52,198 nt of DNA from IMG/VR virus record IMGVR_UViG_3300012927_000002, positions 1 to 52,198 of that record; one strand, 5' to 3'. Below, in pieces: positions 25,973 through 32,530 of this stretch (positions are counted from its first letter, which is position 1; each line of letters opens with the position of its first letter). This DNA is from a virus. The position numbers and the translations under genes were made by a program. The notes under the pieces were generated by a model. The model made no database searches. It was given only the letters and a program-made list of their open reading frames with translations, and had not been told where the DNA came from.

Positions 25973-26617
25973 ATGCCCAAGATCATCCGTAATCGTTACA
26001 CGTCTGCCATCATCCACTCGAGTGAGCTTCCGACGTGGCGTGAAGCTGTCGAGGAGGCGATCGAAGCCCGCGCCGACCTGACCGACGCCAACCTGACCCG
26101 CGCCGACCTGACCGGCGCCAACCTGACCGACGCCGACCTGACCGGCGCCAACCTGACCGACGCCGACCTGACCGACGCCAACCTGACCCGCGCCGACCTG
26201 ACCGGCGCCAACCTGACCCGCGCCGACCTGACCGGCGCCAACCTGACCGACGCCGACCTGACCGGCGCCAACCTGACCGACGCCGACCTGACCGACGCCA
26301 AGGAAGATTTCCTCGCCGTCCTCGACGCGGCCCCGAACGAGGTTGCTGGCCTCCTCCTGGCGCTGCGCGAGGGCCGCATCGACGGCTCGCACTACGAAGG
26401 AGCGTGCTCCTGCCTAAAAGGCACGATCGCCAACGTTCGGGGCTGTCGCTATACCGAACTCGGCGACGCCGATGCGTTGCAACCAAACAGCGATCGCCCC
26501 AGCGAGCGGCTGTTCATGGGTATCTCGCCTGGCCACCTACCGAGCATCAACCCCGTCGCAAAAATCGTTGAGGGGTGGATCCTGGAGTGGCAGTCCGCGA
26601 ACGGCGGGGCGGCGTGA
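25973..26617 (+). CDS. Pentapeptide-repeat protein with a Cys-containing C-terminal domain
   Basis: 214 aa. About 15 consecutive A(D/N)LT(D/G/R) pentapeptides ([25 protein letters not shown]...) are flanked by unique N- and C-terminal regions. Confidence 0.9.
   Translation: MPKIIRNRYTSAIIHSSELPTWREAVEEAIEARADLTDANLTRADLTGANLTDADLTGANLTDADLTDANLTRADLTGANLTRADLTGANLTDADLTGANLTDADLTDAKEDFLAVLDAAPNEVAGLLLALREGRIDGSHYEGACSCLKGTIANVRGCRYTELGDADALQPNSDRPSERLFMGISPGHLPSINPVAKIVEGWILEWQSANGGAA
26071..26300 (+). repeat. Near-perfect 30-nt tandem repeat (about 7.7 units) encoding the pentapeptide array
   Basis: cgccgacctgaccg(a/g)cgccaacctgacc(c/g)(g/a) is repeated head to tail. The array is in frame and has no spacers. 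Confidence 0.95.
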
Positions 26618-26784
26618 TGTTCGTCCTCGACCGTCTGTTCTCGCTCCTCACCGCGCTGCACGTTGCGCCCCACCCCATCGCGGCCATCGCCCGCGAATTC
26701 CCCGAGTGTGTCGAAGAGTACGGCACCGATGGGCTGTCGGGGCTCGACGCCGACGAGCTCGAAGAGGCTTGCACCGAATGGTGA
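26617..26784 (+). CDS. Hypothetical acidic small protein (55 aa)
   Basis: TGATG junction with the pentapeptide gene. [55 protein letters not shown]. Confidence 0.45.
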   Translation: MFVLDRLFSLLTALHVAPHPIAAIAREFPECVEEYGTDGLSGLDADELEEACTEW

Positions 26785-26841
26785 GCTAGCTCCCCGCTCG
26801 GCTTCGCGACCCCGGTCGCGCGGCCCTGGCGAGACCCTAGC

Positions 26842-26887
26842 CCATCAAACTTAGTACTCTTTTCGCCACATCAACCCAGGAGGCACC
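26842..26887 (+). promoter_or_regulatory. Early intergenic element copy 4
   Basis: ccATCAAACttaGTACTCTtttcgccacATCAACCCAGGAGgcaccATG. Half-site spacing is 26 nt. Confidence 0.6.
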
Positions 26888-28444
26888 ATGTCTGACACCG
26901 ACACCGCTCTCGAGATCGAAATGGACTGCACCGTCTGCGGTCGCTACAGCACCAGCGCCGTTTGCCCGGCGTGCGCCCCGGCCGCCGGCCGCACGTTCCA
27001 TGACGCCGCGGCAGAGCGAGCTGTCGCCGACCAGGGCTCGGTGACTCAGCCGACCACGCCCGCCGATGAGCTGATCGACCGCGGGATCGCTGCAGACGTC
27101 GCCGCCCTCCGCATTGTCACAGCCGAGGCGAGCGCCAACGCGGCCGTCCAGGGCGCCGGCTCACTCGCCGGCGGCCAGCTGCGCGGCGTGGGCTACTCGA
27201 CGGTGGCCGGCTACATCACGGCCATCCGCAATGGCGTCGTGCCGCGGACCCACGCGCTCTACCTCGAGACGCTGCGCGGGCGCTTCGGGATGACCTCGGG
27301 CGAGGTCGAGGCGCTCAACCTGCCCGGACCCGCGACGATGGCGGACATGCCTACGAGCGCCAACCCCACTGTCCACACGCCGACCGGGCCCAGCATTTTC
27401 GACCGCCCGCGTGCGGAGCGCGCGTTCGTGGTCGGCCCGAAGGTGGACTCGAGCGAAGCCGCCCCGGTCGTCAAGCTCGAGCACGGCACGCTGATCGCCG
27501 GCGCGGTCGCCGAAGGATGCGGCGTGCTGGTCGGCTGGTCGGGCAAGGGCAAGCTGACCCGCGGCGCGCTCGTGGCGGCGATCGCCGAGCACGACGTCAA
27601 GCCCCCGGCGGCGACCTCGGCTCGAGCTCAGGCTGGCCGCGTCATGTCGGCGCTGACCGGCTCGGGCTACGTGGTGCGCATCGCCCGCGGCGGCGGCGCG
27701 GTGACGCAGTGGACGGTGGGTGTCGTCAACCACAAGTCGGCCGTGGGCTCGGAGCTCGGGTCGGTCGAGATGCGCGCCTCGCTGTCGGCGGATGGCACGC
27801 TCACGACCGAAGGCAGCGAAGGACTCGGGGCCAAGGTGCGCGCGGAGTTCGCGGCCCTGGTCGGCGAGGAGATCTACCAGGCGGGTGACGTCACCAGCTG
27901 GCTCGGCGGCGTCCTGGCGTCGCGCTTCGACGCGGTCCGCTTCGGGGTCGGCTGGTATGTCCCGGCGCGCCACGCCGAAGCGGCCGGCAAGCTGTGCGCG
28001 ACCATGAGTAAGATCTTCGGGGTGGACTGGATCGTGCCGGCGCTGCCGGTGGCGACCAGCGATCAGCTCCGCGATGGCATCGTCCGCGGCCTGACGTCCG
28101 AGGTCGACGCGCTCATGGCCCGGCTGGCGACCGAGCGCGCCACGGCCAAGATCAACGCAGACGCGGCGCCGCTTCGCCAGCCGGGAAAGATCCCGAGCGG
28201 CGACATCGGCCCGAAGCGCGCCGGGACGTTTCTGGTCGACCTGCGCGGCATCGGGGCCCGAATCGTGGCCTACGGCCAGGTTCTCGGCGAGGAGCGCCTG
28301 GCCTGCGCCAGGGAGCAAGTCCGCCAGGCCGTGATCGAGCTGGAGTCCGTGCTCGGCGACGACTACAGCGGGATATCGGCGCGGTTCTCGGCCGTGTGGG
28401 ACGAGATCGAGCTGGACCGCAAGCGCGCCGGGGGCGTGCTGTGA
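26888..28444 (+). CDS. Large hypothetical early protein with an N-terminal CxxC...CxxC zinc ribbon
   Basis: 518 aa. MSDTDTALEIEMDCTVCGRYSTSAVCPACAP.... I can name no family for the rest. Confidence 0.65.
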   Translation: MSDTDTALEIEMDCTVCGRYSTSAVCPACAPAAGRTFHDAAAERAVADQGSVTQPTTPADELIDRGIAADVAALRIVTAEASANAAVQGAGSLAGGQLRGVGYSTVAGYITAIRNGVVPRTHALYLETLRGRFGMTSGEVEALNLPGPATMADMPTSANPTVHTPTGPSIFDRPRAERAFVVGPKVDSSEAAPVVKLEHGTLIAGAVAEGCGVLVGWSGKGKLTRGALVAAIAEHDVKPPAATSARAQAGRVMSALTGSGYVVRIARGGGAVTQWTVGVVNHKSAVGSELGSVEMRASLSADGTLTTEGSEGLGAKVRAEFAALVGEEIYQAGDVTSWLGGVLASRFDAVRFGVGWYVPARHAEAAGKLCATMSKIFGVDWIVPALPVATSDQLRDGIVRGLTSEVDALMARLATERATAKINADAAPLRQPGKIPSGDIGPKRAGTFLVDLRGIGARIVAYGQVLGEERLACAREQVRQAVIELESVLGDDYSGISARFSAVWDEIELDRKRAGGVL

Positions 28445-28647
28445 CCGTCGACTGGGCGAAGCTCCGCCACGTCATCGAAGCCGGCACCATCGAGGCTTGC
28501 GTGGACGCCGGGCTCACGCGGGTTGCGGTCCGCGTGGTTCTCACGCCGCTGCCGAGCGGGACCCCGGCGATCACCGTGGAAGTGCTCGAGGTCTCCGAGG
28601 AGCTCGCCGCCATGGTCCGCGCCGAGAGCAAGATCAGCGGCAACTAG
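28441..28647 (+). CDS. Hypothetical protein
   Basis: 68 aa from GTG 28441 (GTGA overlap). Confidence 0.45.
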   Translation: MTVDWAKLRHVIEAGTIEACVDAGLTRVAVRVVLTPLPSGTPAITVEVLEVSEELAAMVRAESKISGN

Positions 28648-28727
28648 TAGCAGGGCCGCCGTGCCCGTTGAGCGCCCACCTCGTGGACGTTCACCGGACG
28701 CTACGTCCAACCACCAAGGAGTCAGCA

Positions 28728-29171
28728 GTGAACAAGAAACAGAACATTCCCGTGATGCGAGATCCCACCTGCGCCGGGTGCGGCGAGCCCGTCGACTACG
28801 CCGACCGCGAGCCGGTCAGCGACGGCCGCACGCTGTGGCACTTCCAGTGCTACCTGGTCCACCCGGACCCGCAACGCCCGACCACCAACTACACGCTCGT
28901 CAGCGGTCGTCCGGTGATGGCGCGGGGCGTTGGGATGCCGCTCGAGTACAACGAGAGCGAGGTCCGCGATCGCATCGTCCGCAACCTGACCGCGCCGCCC
29001 GCCACCATGGATCCCGCGCGCATGATCCGGTGGCTCGAGGGCAAGATCACCGGATGGGAGAAGCTCGAGGCGCGCGCGACCGCGAATCGCATCCGCAAGC
29101 AATACGCCTGGCAGCTCCTCCACGCGCGCGCCGTGCTTGCGCTGCTGCGGAGCCTCGGGGGCGGGGCGTGA
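28728..29171 (+). CDS. Hypothetical protein (CAGC...FQC Cys/His motif)
   Basis: 147 aa from GTG 28728, preceded by ccAAGGAGtcagcaGTG. Confidence 0.55.
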   Translation: MNKKQNIPVMRDPTCAGCGEPVDYADREPVSDGRTLWHFQCYLVHPDPQRPTTNYTLVSGRPVMARGVGMPLEYNESEVRDRIVRNLTAPPATMDPARMIRWLEGKITGWEKLEARATANRIRKQYAWQLLHARAVLALLRSLGGGA

Positions 29172-29455
29172 TGTACGACTTCACCGACGACGACCAGACC
29201 ACAATCGTCGACCCGGAAGACCTCCTGTTCGATCCGCCGCGGCGCGAGATCCCCGTCTGGTCTGCCGACGACCCCGCGCCGGCGCGCGGCGACAGCGGCC
29301 CGATCATTCTCATGCTGCGCTCGACCGACCACGCGCGCCGGGCGCTTCGGCGGTGCGCGCTTCGCTACGCCGCCAGGATCCTGCGCCGGCTGGGCTACAT
29401 CGGCGCAGCGCTGGCGCTCGAGATCCACGTGTGGTCCGAGCTGGAGGCGCCGTGA
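29171..29455 (+). CDS. Hypothetical protein
   Basis: 94 aa. TGATG junction. MYDFTDDDQTTIVDPEDLLFDPP... Confidence 0.5.
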   Translation: MYDFTDDDQTTIVDPEDLLFDPPRREIPVWSADDPAPARGDSGPIILMLRSTDHARRALRRCALRYAARILRRLGYIGAALALEIHVWSELEAP

Positions 29456-29595
29456 TGGAGCCCGAGGAGCGCACCCTGGATCGGATGGTGGAGAACGCGT
29501 TCGGCGTCGCCATCCTACTGGCGTGCGCTGCGCTGCTGGGCTGCGGGCTCGGGTGGATCGCTTCGGAGATCGCGATCCGCCTGTTCTACGGCTAG
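29455..29595 (+). CDS. Small membrane protein (46 aa)
   Basis: TGATG junction. One TM segment, AFGVAILLACAALLGCGLGWIASEIAI. Confidence 0.4.
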   Translation: MEPEERTLDRMVENAFGVAILLACAALLGCGLGWIASEIAIRLFYG

Positions 29596-29640
29596 CGCAG
29601 CTGGCTGCGGCAGCGCGCGGTCACAGTGAGAGTTTCTTCT

Positions 29641-29757
29641 TCATCGGGTAACTCCATAGTACGCGTCGGGGTTGCACTGCCCCTGGATGCTACCCGTATT
29701 GAACGGGATGCACTGGGTCAGCAGGTACACGAAAATCACGGCAACAAGCTTCGACAT
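29641..29757 (-). CDS. Very small putative lipoprotein (38 aa)
   Basis: MSKLVAVIFVYLLTQCIPFNTGSIQGQCNPDAYYGVTR. The consensus SD aAAGGAGactcgacATG precedes it. GC is locally low and the lipobox is LLTQC-like. Confidence 0.5.
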   Translation of the reverse strand: MSKLVAVIFVYLLTQCIPFNTGSIQGQCNPDAYYGVTR

Positions 29758-29770
29758 GTCGAGTCTCCTT

Positions 29771-29956
29771 TTAGCGGAACGGGTGAAAGCGTAGCCCGCG
29801 GGGATCTGGCCCACATACCACGCACCGATTATCGTCGTCTGGATCGGTCTCGCACCCACAGGGTCTAACGCTCCCCTCTCGGTACGTCACCGACCAGCAG
29901 CAGCCGCAGACGAGAGTTTTCGCCGTCAGCCACTTCCAGATCGCAGCAAGTCTCAC
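29771..29956 (-). CDS. Cys-rich small protein (8 Cys in 61 aa)
   Basis: GTG 29956 forms GTGA with the nuclease stop. ...LVCGCCWSV...PCGCETDPDDDNRCVVCGP. Confidence 0.45.
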   Translation of the reverse strand: MRLAAIWKWLTAKTLVCGCCWSVTYREGSVRPCGCETDPDDDNRCVVCGPDPRGLRFHPFR

Positions 29957-31200
29957 GGCGCCAGCTTCTTGCGCTTCGGCACGTGGGGCCTGATCGATTC
30001 GGTGACCTTGACCTCGAGTCCGCCCTTGGCGTCGATCTCCTTGAGCACCAGGTCAAGCACGCCGGTCCCCTTCGCGGTCTGGATCTTCTCGCCGGCCTTG
30101 ATATGCCTGACCACGGCCTGATGCACGGCGTCGAGCGTGATCGAGATCTTGACCGCGGCGTCTCGCGTCTCGCGGCCGTAGCGCTTCTCGAGCACCTCGG
30201 CGGCGATCCCGGCCGCGAGCCCGCGCTTCTCGGTGACCTGCCGACCGATCACGCGGCCGTCGGGCAGCGGCACATCCTCGAAGCTCGCGATCCCGATGAC
30301 CTGCTCTTTGGCCTTGCCGATGACGTCGGAGATCCGCTCCAGCATCATCCACACGTCGGCCGCGTTGCGCACCGAGATCACGCCCTGGCGGAGCTCGAGG
30401 GCGTGGGTCTCCGGGTTCGGCGCGACGCCCATCGCCATGAGTTCGGCCGGGATCGAGCGCACGAGCGCGACCTTGGCCGGGCAGGCCATGTACGCCGGGC
30501 AGTAGTCGCACCAGCTGCCCTCATTGGCGGCGACCGCGCGGCCTGCCGCGTACTCGGCCTCCCAGTACACCGTGGCCTCCATCGATACCTGAAACTCGCG
30601 CTCGAACGCGTCGAGGTCCCAGCCGTCGACGATGCGGCGGCTCTTGTGGTTGTCGCCGTCCGCGTGGATGTAGATCAGCTCGAGGACGCAGTCGTCCAGG
30701 CCGTAGACTGCACGCAGACACGCGCCACCAAGCAAGGTCTGCCCGAACATGTCCGGCGCCGGGTACTTGCTGTGCCCGCTCTTGTAGTCGCCGACGTAGC
30801 CGCGCGTGGTGGCGGCCCCGGTCAGGTCGAGCGTGATGGCAACCTCGCAATCCGGGTCGACCGGGGGATCTGCCAGCTCGTAGCACCGGTTCATGTTCCG
30901 CCCGAGCTCGCGCGCGGTGCGGCGCTTCCAGTTCCACGCGAACGCCACCTCGGTCGAGAGCCCCACCGGCAGGTCTTCGAGGTCGAGCGCCTTGACCAGC
31001 GTCCGGATCTCGTCTGGCGCCTCCGCCTGCGCGGCGATCGGCCCGATCAGGCCCACGCGCTCGAGGTACGCGTGGATCGCCTTGCCGCGGTTGCGGGCCG
31101 GCTCGTGCTTCGTCTCGTCCTCGGCTACTTGCGGCAGCACGGCGGACGGCGGGCACTTCCACACGCGGTGCGCCTTGGAGCCGGTGATCTCGATCCTCAC
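29953..31200 (-). CDS. PD-(D/E)XK nuclease, Cas4/RecB-like, with a 4-Cys cluster and a C-terminal extension
   Basis: 415 aa. An N-terminal Cys (WKCPPS), the motif DLTG...GYVGDYKSG (D...D-x-K) and CDYCPAYMACP resemble Cas4/AddB-type Fe-S nucleases. It shares an operon with RecT. Confidence 0.6.
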   Translation of the reverse strand: MRIEITGSKAHRVWKCPPSAVLPQVAEDETKHEPARNRGKAIHAYLERVGLIGPIAAQAEAPDEIRTLVKALDLEDLPVGLSTEVAFAWNWKRRTARELGRNMNRCYELADPPVDPDCEVAITLDLTGAATTRGYVGDYKSGHSKYPAPDMFGQTLLGGACLRAVYGLDDCVLELIYIHADGDNHKSRRIVDGWDLDAFEREFQVSMEATVYWEAEYAAGRAVAANEGSWCDYCPAYMACPAKVALVRSIPAELMAMGVAPNPETHALELRQGVISVRNAADVWMMLERISDVIGKAKEQVIGIASFEDVPLPDGRVIGRQVTEKRGLAAGIAAEVLEKRYGRETRDAAVKISITLDAVHQAVVRHIKAGEKIQTAKGTGVLDLVLKEIDAKGGLEVKVTESIRPHVPKRKKLAP

Positions 31201-31754
31201 GGCTTCGACCTTTGGATGTTTCGCTTCGCTACGAGTTCACGCATCAAACACCCACACGATTTAGACTTACCGATTCTAAGATGTCGACCACGTACGACGC
31301 GCTCTACGCCACAGGAACATCGACAGTTCCATGTTCGGTCGGCGCCGCGGCGGCCGGCGCAAAGGCACTCACTTAGCACGGTCCATCTGGTGAATGTGTC
31401 GCCTGGTCCGACGTCTCCTCGTCGATGGATTCGATGCTTGTCGGCCATGTCGCGCAGATTTGCGCTCTGCGATCCGACGCTGAGATGCTGCAGGGACACG
31501 CACAGAGGTGTGTCGCACGAATGCATAACAACTCGTCCTGCAGGAATACGACCAAAAATCAGCTGATAAATCCAGCGATGCGCGTACTGCATGGTTCGCC
31601 TACCGGGTCCATGCTCATAGAACGTTGGGTATCTGGCGCCAGCGGTGTGTGATGTCCACAGCAAACAGCTACCAACAGACTTGGTCGACGCCCAGAATCG
31701 ATCGACGTTGATGCGGGCAAGATCCCCCTTGGGGGTGTTCGCATGGCGCCTCAC
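31197..31754 (-). CDS. HNH homing endonuclease (atypical codon usage)
   Basis: 185 aa from GTG 31754. ...YAHRWIYQLIFGRIPAGRVVMHSCDTPLCVSLQHLSVGSQSANLRD is the HNH_3 pattern. The C-terminus has W.C.CSCG...SCGC. Many A/T-ending codons (ATT, TAT, TTT, AGA, AAA) stand out in a GC-rich genome. Confidence 0.7.
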   Translation of the reverse strand: MRRHANTPKGDLARINVDRFWASTKSVGSCLLWTSHTAGARYPTFYEHGPGRRTMQYAHRWIYQLIFGRIPAGRVVMHSCDTPLCVSLQHLSVGSQSANLRDMADKHRIHRRGDVGPGDTFTRWTVLSECLCAGRRGADRTWNCRCSCGVERVVRGRHLRIGKSKSCGCLMRELVAKRNIQRSKP

Positions 31755-31969
31755 TTCGGCCTCCGCGACACACGCGCGTCGATCTCCGCGAGCCTCGCCG
31801 AGACGAACGCGTGCCGGTCGTCGTAGCGGTCCGGCACGTTCTTGAGCGCCGAGCACGCCATCGCGACGGTCATGCGCTCCTGGTGGAGGAGCCAGGCGAG
31901 TTTGCGGCTCCGTTGATTGTCGATGACCGCCCACACCACGAGCGCGGCAAACCAGATCACCTCGATCAC
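31751..31969 (-). CDS. Small membrane protein
   Basis: 72 aa from GTG 31969 (GTGA overlap). TM segment VIEVIWFAALVVWAVI. Confidence 0.45.
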   Translation of the reverse strand: MIEVIWFAALVVWAVIDNQRSRKLAWLLHQERMTVAMACSALKNVPDRYDDRHAFVSARLAEIDARVSRRPK

Positions 31970-32157
31970 TTCCTCAGCTCCTTCTCGACGAGATCCCAGA
32001 ATTCCGCCTCGCCGCCAGCGAGCTTCGCCGATAGGATCTCGCGGATCACCTTGAGCTGCGCGGCGGTCGATGCAGCCGCGGCGAGGTTGCGCTGGTTCAT
32101 GCTGAGCGCCATCGCTGCCCTCCATGCGGCGTTCTTCGCCGCTTCGATGTCGCTCAC
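31966..32157 (-). CDS. Hypothetical helical protein
   Basis: 63 aa from GTG 32157 (GTGA overlap): VSDIEAAKNAAWRAAMALSMNQRNL... Confidence 0.4.
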   Translation of the reverse strand: MSDIEAAKNAAWRAAMALSMNQRNLAAAASTAAQLKVIREILSAKLAGGEAEFWDLVEKELRK

Positions 32158-32327
32158 CGCCCGACCTCGGCGCATGCGCGCTCGATGACCTGCGCCTGCG
32201 TGATGCTGCGCTCCTTGGCGGCCTTGGCGATGCGCTCGTAGACCGGTATAGGCAGACCGATCGCGGCCCAGCGCTTCTTGTAGTTGATGGTGTACTCGCG
32301 CCGCTTGGCGCTTTGCTCGGGCGTCAC
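32154..32327 (-). CDS. Arc/RHH-like small protein (57 aa; below the track cutoff)
   Basis: Hand-translated as VTPEQSAKRREYTINYKKRWAAIGLPIPVYERIAKAAKERSITQAQVIERACAEVGR. GTGA overlaps at both ends. Confidence 0.4.
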   Translation of the reverse strand: MTPEQSAKRREYTINYKKRWAAIGLPIPVYERIAKAAKERSITQAQVIERACAEVGR

Positions 32328-32530
32328 TCGCTGTCCTTGTTCTGCGACGCGTCGAGGAGCAACGCATCGCTGTCGGTGTGACCCGGGTCAACGAGGGCTT
32401 CGTGCAGCCATCCGCAGAGCATGTCGCCGTCCTCGTCCTCGAGGCGAACGATCACCGGCATGTCAAGATCGCCGTCCTCGCGCGACTTGGCGTCTGCCTC
32501 GAGAAACAGCAACAACTTTCTGTAGGTCAT
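32324..32530 (-). CDS. Hypothetical acidic protein
   Basis: 68 aa from ATG 32530 (TGATG junction with the RecT stop). Confidence 0.45.
   Translation of the reverse strand: MTYRKLLLFLEADAKSREDGDLDMPVIVRLEDEDGDMLCGWLHEALVDPGHTDSDALLLDASQNKDSE

Noticed and set aside
26071-26300. Possible CRISPR array, suggested by regular 30-nt repeats
   Set aside because: The units are contiguous with no spacers. They lie in frame inside an ORF and encode pentapeptide repeats. There are no cas genes or leader.
29596-29640. Possible terminator between the convergent early operon and the recombination operon (gcgcagctggctgcggcagcgcgc)
   Set aside because: The stem needs a 2-nt loop or a bulge and has no U-tract, so it is not convincing as an intrinsic terminator.
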